The translations under genes were made by a program, and so were the position numbers. A DNA stretch of 46,171 bases, from positions 1 to 46,171 of the forward strand of contig JAUIBJ010000001.1 of assembly GCA_030428025.1 (NCBI GenBank), given 5' to 3'. Below are positions 1-8,829 of the stretch, piece by piece. Below the pieces are notes generated by a model, which was given only the letters and a program-made list of their open reading frames with translations, ran no database searches and was not told the origin of the DNA. The stretch comes from Alphaproteobacteria bacterium. Lineage in GTDB: Bacteria > Pseudomonadota > Alphaproteobacteria > Rhodobacterales > Rhodobacteraceae. Numbering within the stretch: the first letter of the stretch is position 1; the number at the start of each line of letters is the position of its first letter.

Positions 1-1000
1 GCGGAACTTCCCCGGTCAGAATCTTCAGCAACGTCGTCTTGCCGACCCCGTTCGGGCCGACAAAGGCCACCCGGTCCCCGCGCAGCACCTTAAGATCAAA
101 GGGCTTCAGGATCATCCTGTCGCCGAAGGCCTTGGTTATCCCCTTGGCCTCGATGACCAGCTTCCCAGAGGTCTGGCCGCTCTCCAGCGCCATGTCGGCC
201 GTGCCCTGCCGCCGGATCATCGCCGCCCGTTCGGCGCGCATCGCCTGCAATGCTCTTACCCGCCCCTGATTGCGCTTGCGTCGGGCCGAGATACCCTCGA
301 CCGCCCAGCGGGCCTCGGACTTGATCCGCCGCTCCAGCTTGTGGCGGGCAAGGTCTTCCTCGGCCCAGACCGTCTCGCGCCAGTCCTCAAAGGTCTCGAA
401 GCCCCTTTCGTTGCGCCGCACTTCACCCCGGTCGATCCACAGCGTGGCGCGTGTCAGCGCCCGCAGAAACGCGCGGTCGTGGCTGATGATCACATAGGCT
501 GCGCGGGTCTCGCGCAGTTCCGCCTCCAACCAGCCGATGGCCTGAATGTCGAGATGGTTGGTGGGCTCATCCAGCAGCATCAGTTCCGGTGCCTCGGCCA
601 AAAGCTTGGCCAAGGCCGCGCGCCGTCTCTCCCCGCCCGACGCCGCCGTCACCTTTGTCGCGGGATCGAATTTCAAACCCTCGGCAACGACGGCAACCTT
701 GTAGGCCTCCGTCTCAGGCAATCCCGAAGCAGCGAAATCGCCCAGCGTCTCAAAGGCCGAAAGGTCCGGTTCTTGCTCCATATAACCTACGGTCACACCC
801 GGCGGCACGACACGGGTTCCGGCATCGGCCTCCACCAGCCCCGCCATCACCTTCATCAAGGTCGATTTGCCCGACCCGTTGCGTCCGACCAGCGCCACCC
901 GGTCGCCGGGCTGCACGGTCAGGTCGAGCCCGTCGAAAACGGGGTTCCCACCGAAGGTCAGCGAGATTCCGGACAATTGAAGAAGCGGTGCACGTGCCAT
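1..1000 (-). CDS. ABC-F family ATP-binding protein (Uup-like), 5' part; runs off the window
   Basis: Manual translation from ATG at 1000: MARAPLLQLSGISLTFGGNPVF...VGRNGSGKSTLMK (Walker A), SGGERRRAALAK, LLDEPTNHLD, then a second Walker A (VGPNGVGKTTLLK) near the window edge. Absent from the ORF track because it is truncated. Confidence 0.92.
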   Translation of the reverse strand, partial: MARAPLLQLSGISLTFGGNPVFDGLDLTVQPGDRVALVGRNGSGKSTLMKVMAGLVEADAGTRVVPPGVTVGYMEQEPDLSAFETLGDFAASGLPETEAYKVAVVAEGLKFDPATKVTAASGGERRRAALAKLLAEAPELMLLDEPTNHLDIQAIGWLEAELRETRAAYVIISHDRAFLRALTRATLWIDRGEVRRNERGFETFEDWRETVWAEEDLARHKLERRIKSEARWAVEGISARRKRNQGRVRALQAMRAERAAMIRRQGTADMALESGQTSGKLVIEAKGITKAFGDRMILKPFDLKVLRGDRVAFVGPNGVGKTTLLKILTGEVP

Positions 1001-1151
1001 GCGCGCTCAGCTACCCGGGACGATGTGCGGCGTCAACGGTCGGGCTTCGCCGACTGAAAACATCCCGCTCCCATGCCACAGACCGATGCAGGCGCCCTCT
1101 GGCGCGCGCTCCCAAAGACGGCACATACGGGCAGGAACCGCCTTGCCAGCG

Positions 1152-2726
1152 TCACGTCCCGACGCGCTTTCGATCCATCCGCGTCTCGTAAATCGCGGAC
1201 AGTTCTTTCACCACCTCGGCCACGCGAGTTGACGCATGATCGTCCTTGTACTGAAAATACAGGTCCCGCTTCTCGGACTGCTCAAAGGCCCAGCCGTTCT
1301 GCCGGAAGCTCACAAGTCGCTTCACCAACGTATCGACATCCGGCACAAACTCACCGGGAAGCTCCTTGTCCACATCGATAAAAGCATCGTTTCTTATGCC
1401 AAATTCATCCTGGTCAAACTGGAAGAGCAGAACATTTCTGTCCACCAACAAGGCATCGAAAGACACCGACGAATAGTCCGTGACAAGACATGAGGAAACC
1501 ACAAGGTTGTCCTGAAACTCAGACAGCGGCGCCACGCGGTCCACGAATGGCGACAGGCTGTCTTCGTGCCGGGAAAGCATCGGATGCAGCACCAGCGCAG
1601 ACCGAAATCCCGCTTTGCGCACCGACTCCATTGCGTCCTTCCACTTCCCGAAAAACTCGGACGCCTCAAAACCCGCGCTCGGGATCTTGTCGAACCCGCG
1701 CCGCCAGGTCGGGAAAAAAAGGACCTCTCCGGTGGCGTTCCCCCCGTTTTCCATCTGCCGCACCAGGGCGTCATGTCTGGGGAACCCCGTCAGTTTAACC
1801 TCTTCGGGCGTATAGTCGAAATTGTCGACAAATATACTCTTTTCAAGCCGCGAACACACCAGAACCGCGTCGTATCCAGACCTTTTCTTCCTGTAGTTCT
1901 GCATGACGCTCTTCTTCATGGCAGTAATGCCATGCTGCATGAAAACCGTCGGCACCGCAGTATACTTATCACTGCACAGGTGAAACAGAATGTACGGATA
2001 GACATAACTTCTGTGGTGAGTGAACGCACAAACTGAGGAGTCCAGACATGCCTTGAGATGCTCCATCGAGCCAAACTCAAGCACGGAATCGGGCTGCAAT
2101 GGATATGCGTCCATATTCTCCTTTTCGATAATGTACCGCGAGTCCAATCCGAAATCCTGCGCCTGAATGGACTCGTGCAGTGCTCGGCCGTTGTCCCGTG
2201 CCCCATTGGTGTATTCACCAATAACCACCAGCGGACGCCCGCCGCGCGGCCTCTTTGCATATTCACGTAAGTCCTCAAGATTGCTCCGGGTCAACCTGAA
2301 GAACTCGATCCTCCACACCTGCGCAACAGGTTCCACGAATGCGCACAGTACAAACTCGCGCTTATCGTCAAAGATCAAACTGCTTCTCGACCGGTATGTC
2401 CTGATACCAATACCACCGGTCGTTCCGCGAAGCTCGAATCCATATATCGAGGACGGCAATTCATCGAACGGAACGGCAACCTTCACGCAAAACCTGTACC
2501 GCTGACTCCATTTAGAAAAAAACCTGAAAATATTGGCAAATCCGGAGGAAACCCGCTCGACGTCGATCACCGATCTGTAGGCAATTCCCTCTTCTCTGAA
2601 CTTTCTGAAGATAATCTCGACTTTTGATTGCGTAACGTCCTCGCCGTCAGTCCAGATATCCCCGCGAATGACGACCTGACCATCGCTTGAAAATGCGATA
2701 TCCGTGATTACTGCTTTTCTTCCCAT
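1152..2726 (-). CDS. CDP-glycerol glycerophosphotransferase family protein (TagF/TagB-like)
   Basis: Motifs FMQHG, LTGFPRHD, FFPTWR, LHP and LVTDYSSVSFD are typical of the family. Start placed at MGRKAV (2726), just downstream of the sulfotransferase stop. Confidence 0.88.
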   Translation of the reverse strand: MGRKAVITDIAFSSDGQVVIRGDIWTDGEDVTQSKVEIIFRKFREEGIAYRSVIDVERVSSGFANIFRFFSKWSQRYRFCVKVAVPFDELPSSIYGFELRGTTGGIGIRTYRSRSSLIFDDKREFVLCAFVEPVAQVWRIEFFRLTRSNLEDLREYAKRPRGGRPLVVIGEYTNGARDNGRALHESIQAQDFGLDSRYIIEKENMDAYPLQPDSVLEFGSMEHLKACLDSSVCAFTHHRSYVYPYILFHLCSDKYTAVPTVFMQHGITAMKKSVMQNYRKKRSGYDAVLVCSRLEKSIFVDNFDYTPEEVKLTGFPRHDALVRQMENGGNATGEVLFFPTWRRGFDKIPSAGFEASEFFGKWKDAMESVRKAGFRSALVLHPMLSRHEDSLSPFVDRVAPLSEFQDNLVVSSCLVTDYSSVSFDALLVDRNVLLFQFDQDEFGIRNDAFIDVDKELPGEFVPDVDTLVKRLVSFRQNGWAFEQSEKRDLYFQYKDDHASTRVAEVVKELSAIYETRMDRKRVGT

Positions 2727-2736
2727 TAATTTATTC

Positions 2737-3411
2737 TCACTTCCCCGAACGGAATATGCGACCCAGACCCCAGTCAGATTTGTCCTGAACGCGGAAATGA
2801 TCTTCGAACGTTGAGGTCGAATACCCGAAAGTATCAAAATCCTCCTTGTAGAAATCCAGGATCTTCTGCAAGGTCCGCGATGATATATTCAGAATTTGAC
2901 GTTCGCTCTTCCTGCTATGCGGAACAGCGGATATTTCAGGAAGGTCCAGAACCTGACAGAGCTTTTCAAGTGGCTTCTGCAACCCATTCTCCAGCCTGAA
3001 CACCTCCGCCTCTTTCGTTATAAACTGGTGCTGAGGTCTTATATGGTTGTCTCTCGTAAACGGAAATTCCAAATACCGCTCCAGCGCACGAATAATCCAC
3101 TCATCGGGCGCGGCCGGCTCCTTTTCAAGTCCCGCCTTCATTTTATATTCCGACGCAAGTCGTGAAAACGGATTCCGGACCAAAGCGAATTGCCAGTCAA
3201 AGAAATTCTCACCGAAATACCGTCTGATGATGTCAGAATGGATATGCTGCGGCGTGCATTTCGAGAACTTCAGGGCGGCGTTCTTCTCCTTTGACATCAA
3301 CATCGCCACCTTCACGCCGCTTGCTTTCATGGCGTTTTCGATGCTTGAGCCACCCGTTTTCGGGATGTGGGCGAAGTAGACGAGTCTATGGTTGTTCCTG
3401 AATATCGGCAC
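2737..3411 (-). CDS. Sulfotransferase family 2 protein
   Basis: PAPS-binding motifs HIPKTGGSSI and VRNPFSRLASEY, plus HIRPQ and YKEDFDTFGY. GTG start with AAGGA upstream. Confidence 0.88.
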   Translation of the reverse strand: MPIFRNNHRLVYFAHIPKTGGSSIENAMKASGVKVAMLMSKEKNAALKFSKCTPQHIHSDIIRRYFGENFFDWQFALVRNPFSRLASEYKMKAGLEKEPAAPDEWIIRALERYLEFPFTRDNHIRPQHQFITKEAEVFRLENGLQKPLEKLCQVLDLPEISAVPHSRKSERQILNISSRTLQKILDFYKEDFDTFGYSTSTFEDHFRVQDKSDWGLGRIFRSGK

Positions 3412-3876
3412 GTCTGTCCGTTCCTTATGATCTACGCCGCTCTTGGCACGCTAGTTCGACTGTTCATGGCCTGCCCGGAAAGCGACTTTCGGCGTTGATC
3501 CCAGTCCCGGCCAACTTACCACGCGCCCTCGTCTGGTACATATCCTGTTGTTCGCAGCTTCACCGAGATGACGACGCGCGTTGCGTAAGGTTTCAATATC
3601 GTTTGAGATTTTCACTGTGTGTGCTGCACAGGTAAGGGCTTGGGTAACGGGGATAGCTCACAATGCAGGTTGCGTCCAGTGCACGAAGCACGGCCGGTTG
3701 CTACGTCGCGACCTACCCTGGGGTCGTGAACGCGGCAGTTGCAACACCGTTGCCTGCACTCCGTTTCCGGCCTGATCGCTCATCGACGTCTGCGGGGCGC
3801 GAAAATGATGAACCGAACGCCGAATGCCGGGCCCGTCACCCGAGCGGACGGGCATTCTGGGCCTTGTCCCGAACAG

Positions 3877-3922
3877 TGGTGCCCCCAGACGGACTTGAAC
3901 CGCCGACCCTCTGATTACAAAT
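3877..3922. repeat. Left att core: 46-bp duplicate of the tRNA-Thr 3' half
   Basis: TGGTGCCCCCAGACGGACTTGAACCGCCGACCCTCTGATTACAAAT is identical to 45589-45634 and diverges right after the anticodon loop. Confidence 0.97.
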
Positions 3923-4058
3923 TTACGCAGTTTCTATATTTTTCAATCACTTATCAGATTTTATCTGACGTTTCCAAGCGTTTGACATCAATGGCTTACC
4001 CCGACCAGCCCGGCCCATGTGCCACGGCCAGGCCCAACCTGTCGACATGGAGAAAACG

Positions 4059-4790
4059 ATGAGCGAAGCAGGCCGCCGGCTGGTCCGGGACAGGTATCCA
4101 CAGGATTTCGTGCAGGAACCGGATCGCGAATGGGTCACGCGCAGCACGACCGATGACCAGGTCGTGCTGAGCCTGCGCGATGAGACCGGCTATGTCGCCC
4201 ACTCGGATGCCATGCCCTGGGGGCATGGGGATGGGCTGATCCACCTCGGCGGCAGGAATTTTGCCCTTGGCCGACAGCGCAGCGTGAAGCCGTTCAGTGT
4301 CGACATAAAGGGCGATCACCTGGAAATCACGGGCAGCAAGGCCTATCGGGTTTCCGGGTCTGGCGAAAACATTCTTCTGGGCAATGGCTTCGGCCGCATC
4401 GTCGTGATGACCAAGTACCCGGACCGGATCGACAAGCGGGTGCGGATCGCCGACCAGGCGGCCTTCTTCGCTTCGACCAAGTATTCCAGTATCGGCACAG
4501 AAATGTTCACGGACGGGTTCTGGATCTCGGAAGGCGCCGTGCAGGGTGTCGGTTTCATTGACCCCAACACGGTCGTCGTGATCTCGGGCGGGGCGAACGT
4601 GGCCCCGCGTGTCAGCACCTATGATGCGGAGACCGGCGCCGAGACGAAGCATCCCCGCATCGACACAAGCCACATCGACGGCTCGCACATCGAGGCGCAG
4701 GGTTTCGACCAGGGGATGACGATGATCGTCTACACCTATTCGAACGGCAATGTGCGGTTCCGAAAGGTGCCGGTTCTGGTGGCGGGGTAG
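4059..4790 (+). CDS. Hypothetical beta-rich protein (moron, opposite to the late operon)
   Basis: GGAG at 4049-4052 before ATG 4059. 243-aa ORF with protein-like composition. Confidence 0.7.
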   Translation: MSEAGRRLVRDRYPQDFVQEPDREWVTRSTTDDQVVLSLRDETGYVAHSDAMPWGHGDGLIHLGGRNFALGRQRSVKPFSVDIKGDHLEITGSKAYRVSGSGENILLGNGFGRIVVMTKYPDRIDKRVRIADQAAFFASTKYSSIGTEMFTDGFWISEGAVQGVGFIDPNTVVVISGGANVAPRVSTYDAETGAETKHPRIDTSHIDGSHIEAQGFDQGMTMIVYTYSNGNVRFRKVPVLVAG

Positions 4791-4850
4791 CGGTCAGGGC
4801 TCCGGGGTGGCAGCGCTGCAGAACGCGCCCGGAGTGACCAGGGCGGCCGG

Positions 4851-5159
4851 TCAGGATGGACCTTCGGCCGCGTCAGCATCTTCCGTGGTGGTCTCTGTCC
4901 CGGCGCAGCCGTCGCCGACGGCGACAGAGGCCGGGCCGGTTGCTCCGGTAGACAGGGTCAGGGCAGCACTGCCCCCGCCGATGGTCGTTTCGCCGTCGGT
5001 CGCGGGCAGCGAGAGGTTCCAACATCGGCCATCGGGCACGATCAGGCTTTCGACCAGAACGTCACCGTCGGCGTTCTTGACGGTGTAGCCCACGCTGTTC
5101 GCGCAGGCCGCAAGGGCCATGCCGATCGCGAGGAAAACGGGGATCAGGTATTTCTTCAT
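4851..5159 (-). CDS. Lipoprotein (possible outer-membrane spanin or lysis accessory)
   Basis: MKKYLIPVFLAIGMALAAC is a signal peptide II with lipobox LAAC. Last gene of the lysis region; AAGGA SD. Confidence 0.7.
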   Translation of the reverse strand: MKKYLIPVFLAIGMALAACANSVGYTVKNADGDVLVESLIVPDGRCWNLSLPATDGETTIGGGSAALTLSTGATGPASVAVGDGCAGTETTTEDADAAEGPS

Positions 5160-5160
5160 G

Positions 5161-5367
5161 TCAGGTTCCTTTCTGCCTGAATGCATTGATCAGTTTCTGA
5201 AGTGCGTCGCGCCCGGTCGATGCGCCGATTGCGACGAAGACCTGCTGAAGCCAGTCGTCCGACGGCGTGAAACCGGGGATGTCGAAGCCAAGCAGATTTT
5301 CCGCGAACGTGCAGAGAATGAAGAGCACCACGGTGATGTGTGTCTTCTTTCCGTCGAATAGGTTCAT
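5161..5367 (-). CDS. Small membrane protein (holin-like)
   Basis: 68 aa, two hydrophobic stretches, basic C-terminus, GAGGAG SD, next to the endolysin. Confidence 0.6.
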   Translation of the reverse strand: MNLFDGKKTHITVVLFILCTFAENLLGFDIPGFTPSDDWLQQVFVAIGASTGRDALQKLINAFRQKGT

Positions 5368-5507
5368 GTCTGTCTCCTCTTCAGGGATGCCTGCAGCTGC
5401 GCGCAGGAGCGCCGCCTGTGGCGGTTTCGGGGTTTTCGTGGGGGATGGGTCGGAAATTTCCAGAGGCCGTCAGAGAGGCCTCTGCGGGGCTGTGCGGTGC
5501 CATCGCC

Positions 5508-5969
5508 TCACCTCACGATTTCATAGTGCGGCCCGTCGATCGACGCGCGCTTGCCGGCGGCCCGGCGGCGGGCGACGTAATCGGCAACGGCCTCTTCCAG
5601 CCCGGCCGGCGTGCCGGCCAGGTCGCCCAGGTTGCGATCCCAGACGCCACCCCAGCGGAGTGTGACGCCGAGCTCGGCCGAGGCCTGGTGCATCGCGGCC
5701 GCGATCCGGTAGATCGGCGGCCATTCCCAGCGCGGCTTGCCATTGATCCAGGGGACCAGGTCAACGGCGCGCCCCTCGAGGTGCTTTGACCGCATGGTCC
5801 AGCTGACGCCCTCGGCGACATAGCGCTTCTGCTCGGCGACGGTGCGGATCCCGTCATGCACGGTGAAGTCCACTGACGTGATCTCGATCGCCCGCTCCAC
5901 GGTGCGGACCAGGTCGGGATCGACGCCGGTCAGCTCGGCTCGGGATCGCTTGCCCAGGGAATAGGTCAT
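5508..5969 (-). CDS. Endolysin, M15 family L-Ala-D-Glu peptidase
   Basis: GIRTVAEQ, SKHLEGRAVD (SxHxxGxAxD), WGGVW and DGPHYE zinc-peptidase motifs. Start MTYSLG at 5969. Confidence 0.92.
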   Translation of the reverse strand: MTYSLGKRSRAELTGVDPDLVRTVERAIEITSVDFTVHDGIRTVAEQKRYVAEGVSWTMRSKHLEGRAVDLVPWINGKPRWEWPPIYRIAAAMHQASAELGVTLRWGGVWDRNLGDLAGTPAGLEEAVADYVARRRAAGKRASIDGPHYEIVR

Positions 5970-6091
5970 GTGAGCCCCCATGTGAAAATGAAGATCATGA
6001 TGGCCATGACCATGCCGATGCGGACCGCGCGCCAGAAATCGGCACAGGGGCTGACCGGGTCGCGTCGCAACTGCTTGATGCTATTTCGCAT
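5966..6091 (-). CDS. 41-aa single-TM protein between holin and endolysin (not in the ORF track)
   Basis: MRNSIKQLRRDPVSPCADFWRAVRIGMVMAIMIFIFTWGLT. GGGGAG SD, ATGA overlap with the endolysin start, fills the gap exactly. Confidence 0.65.
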   Translation of the reverse strand: MRNSIKQLRRDPVSPCADFWRAVRIGMVMAIMIFIFTWGLT

Positions 6092-6419
6092 CGGCTCCCC
6101 CCGTCTTGGCGCGGGACATGAACCACTCGACCAGGCCGACCGCGACGATGCCGATCACGAATGCCGATGACGTCAGCAAGCCGAGTGTCGGCCCGCCGAT
6201 ATGGGTCAGCTCTGGGACGAAGCGGCGCAGGATATGCGGGCTGACCGTGCCGAGCGCGAAGGCCACCGCCGATCCCACGAGGATGACGCGCAGCGTTTCG
6301 CGCCACGTCTTGCGGGTGACGACGGCATTGACCAGACCACCGAGCCCACCGAAGAACGCGATGACCTGGCCGAGCGGCGAGAAGACTTCCCGCCAGATAT
6401 TCGGATCGCCGTCATTCAT
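6081..6419 (-). CDS. Putative holin (3 TM segments)
   Basis: 112 aa with three hydrophobic helices, located upstream of the endolysin. Confidence 0.7.
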   Translation of the reverse strand: MNDGDPNIWREVFSPLGQVIAFFGGLGGLVNAVVTRKTWRETLRVILVGSAVAFALGTVSPHILRRFVPELTHIGGPTLGLLTSSAFVIGIVAVGLVEWFMSRAKTGGADAK

Positions 6420-8821
6420 GCGTTGTTCCCGTCGCCGTCGAAGATCCCGCTATAGCCGCCCCAGAAATTCAGGCCGCGATCGAAGTCGCGCTTGTAGATC
6501 ACTCCGAGCGGCCAGGCATGTTTGGTCAGCACCACCTCGGGATCGCCGTTGAAAAGCATGTCCCAAAGCTCGTAGCAGCCGACGCGATCGCCCGGCACCG
6601 CATAGTCGGGATGCAGCTCAGATGTGATCGGCGGCCGGATGTCCCAGAGATCGGTGTAGTTGGTGGGGATGTTCGTGAAGTCCGGCAGGAGAAGATTGTA
6701 GTTGGCGCCGTTGCCCCGGACGTTGCCGCCCAGCACGACGAGCTTGCCGCCGGTGCCGGGGTTGGTGTTGTAGCCGGCGAAGTGCGCGTTGCAGTAGTTG
6801 CCGACCGAGACAGCGATACCCGTGATCGCGGGGTATGCCTTCTTTGGCGGTGTGGCGTTCAGGTGCTGGACCAGCGTATTGAAATGCGCCTCGGAATTGC
6901 CGCCGGTAAAGCCGGTGATCGCCCGGTCGTGGCCATTCATGAACAGGCTCTGCTCGTGCCTGTGCGGGCCGATGCTGACCGTCCCGTTGGTGCCGCGCGA
7001 CCAGATCGCGCCCAAGCCACTTTCATCGGGGTTGATGTTGACAAAGCCGGTCCAGGCGCCGCGCATGACGACATCGTACCTGCTGACGAACCGCGTCGCC
7101 ATCGAGCCCTGGTTGAACTGAATAAAGTCGTTGTGATTACCCGGCGACATCGCCCGGTCGCGGGCCGGGAAGTTGCAGCCGAAATCGGGGTCAATCATGT
7201 TGCCGCCGTTGGCGATGGTGATGTCATCGCCGCCGACGTAGTTGCCCATCATGCGCTTGATGCGCGGGCGGTCGATCGTGCCGCCGAGCTTGCAAAGCCC
7301 ATCCTTCATGTAGAGGTGAACGTTGCCCTCGACGATCAGGCCCTGGGTGTTGTCGGCGGTGAAGAGATAGTTCGTGACGCCCGACGCGGTGGACCCGACC
7401 GCGACGTTGAACGGCCAGCCCCGGCCGACGCATTTGTAGAACCCGCTGTCGATGGAATTGTCGGCGGTCCAGAGGCCGCTGAAATAGTCCTGCATGTCGG
7501 GGGCGCGCAGATCCATGCGCCACAGGACGATGTTGCGGGAACCGTTGAGCGATCCGGTGCCGATATGTTTCACCGTGACTTCGGGATCGCCGCCGCCGGC
7601 CAGGAAGCCGCCGACCGGGCGGATATAGACGCGCTCGGGCAGGTCGATCCCGCTCAGGTTCATGTGGCCCGTCGTCGTCGTGTCGACCCCGATGCAGCGG
7701 ATCCCGCCCGGATGACTGGCCGCCCAGGCGACAAGCTGGTTGCGCACGTCGGCGGGTGAGGAGACCACGACATCGGGCGGCGGCGGCTGAAGCCCGGCAT
7801 TGGTGGGGTTGCTCGGCGTGGCCGGGACGGTGCGCCAGGACCATGTATCATCGGTCTGCGCCGCAACCGGGTTGCCGGCCTGGTCCTCGAAGGCACCGCC
7901 ATCCCAGCGGATCGAGAGGTTTTGCAGATCGCCCTGCGCCACGACAGGCGTGAGCGTGATCTGCGAGCCCGCGTAAACCGCGTTGACCGCGTCGATGATT
8001 TCGTGGGTGGTCAGCGTGTCCGTGTCGCGGAGATAGAAGTTGCCCGATCCGGCGACGACATTCTCATTCGCGTTGATCGTGATCGGCGCATCCTTGGGAA
8101 CGTCGATGCCGGTCGGGATGATGGAGGACACAACGGGCGGGGTGGTGTCGGCCGCCGGGGTCTTGCCGGTGACCTTCAGTTCGATCGGCAGACCGCCCGC
8201 CTTGGTGATCATCCTGGACACAATCGTGCCGGCCGGGTTGGAAACCCGGAAGCCCTTGATCACGAACGGCACCGTGGTCACGCCGTCAGCCGGCATCTGA
8301 GCACCGTCGCTGTCGTCATAGTTGTTCTCGACAAAGCCCCAGAAACCGATCGTCACCGTGTAGGGGCCGACGACAAGCTGCACGTTTTCCTCTGTGGCGC
8401 CGTCGAACGGGATCACCTCATCGGAGAAGGGACCACCATCGACGATCACGTCGTACATGCGGGGCGCCTTGGCAGTCCCGCCGGGCCAGGGATGCGGGAT
8501 CAGCCGGTTCTGGACGGCATCAATGGGACCATCAGCCATGAGGATGAACTCCAGATCAGTGGGGTCAAAGGCGAAGCGGTCGCCGCCCGTGGGCTCCTCG
8601 CCGGGCGGCTGCTCTTCTGGGGGATCGTCGGCCGGGGGATCTTCCTCGGCCGGGGGATCGCCAGCGGCGGTGTCGTCATAGACCTCGCGCAGCGTGTAGG
8701 TGATCTCGGTGTCGGTCGATGCCTTGAGCCCGGTGCGGACATAGGCTTTGCCGTCCTTGAAAAAGACACTGCGCTCGCCCTCGGCGATCGCCTGGTTGTT
8801 GTGCTTGTAGCGATAGGCCAT
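6416..8821 (-). CDS. Putative tailspike/depolymerase: Ig-like domain plus parallel beta-helix
   Basis: DTTPPVVSS...ITINANENV...FEDQAGN is a Big/SbsA-type Ig signature. The C-half is Asn/Gly-rich with GGDDI and NHNDFIQ, typical of pectin-lyase-like beta-helices. Located in the tail region. Confidence 0.65.
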   Translation of the reverse strand: MAYRYKHNNQAIAEGERSVFFKDGKAYVRTGLKASTDTEITYTLREVYDDTAAGDPPAEEDPPADDPPEEQPPGEEPTGGDRFAFDPTDLEFILMADGPIDAVQNRLIPHPWPGGTAKAPRMYDVIVDGGPFSDEVIPFDGATEENVQLVVGPYTVTIGFWGFVENNYDDSDGAQMPADGVTTVPFVIKGFRVSNPAGTIVSRMITKAGGLPIELKVTGKTPAADTTPPVVSSIIPTGIDVPKDAPITINANENVVAGSGNFYLRDTDTLTTHEIIDAVNAVYAGSQITLTPVVAQGDLQNLSIRWDGGAFEDQAGNPVAAQTDDTWSWRTVPATPSNPTNAGLQPPPPDVVVSSPADVRNQLVAWAASHPGGIRCIGVDTTTTGHMNLSGIDLPERVYIRPVGGFLAGGGDPEVTVKHIGTGSLNGSRNIVLWRMDLRAPDMQDYFSGLWTADNSIDSGFYKCVGRGWPFNVAVGSTASGVTNYLFTADNTQGLIVEGNVHLYMKDGLCKLGGTIDRPRIKRMMGNYVGGDDITIANGGNMIDPDFGCNFPARDRAMSPGNHNDFIQFNQGSMATRFVSRYDVVMRGAWTGFVNINPDESGLGAIWSRGTNGTVSIGPHRHEQSLFMNGHDRAITGFTGGNSEAHFNTLVQHLNATPPKKAYPAITGIAVSVGNYCNAHFAGYNTNPGTGGKLVVLGGNVRGNGANYNLLLPDFTNIPTNYTDLWDIRPPITSELHPDYAVPGDRVGCYELWDMLFNGDPEVVLTKHAWPLGVIYKRDFDRGLNFWGGYSGIFDGDGNNA

Positions 8822-8829
8822 GCGTCACC

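Noticed and set aside
3877-3922. Second tRNA gene
   Set aside because: Only the 3' half is present. It is the att duplication.
3982-4010. TTGACA as promoter of the moron
   Set aside because: No credible -10 at 16-18 bp, and it overlaps an IHF-like site.
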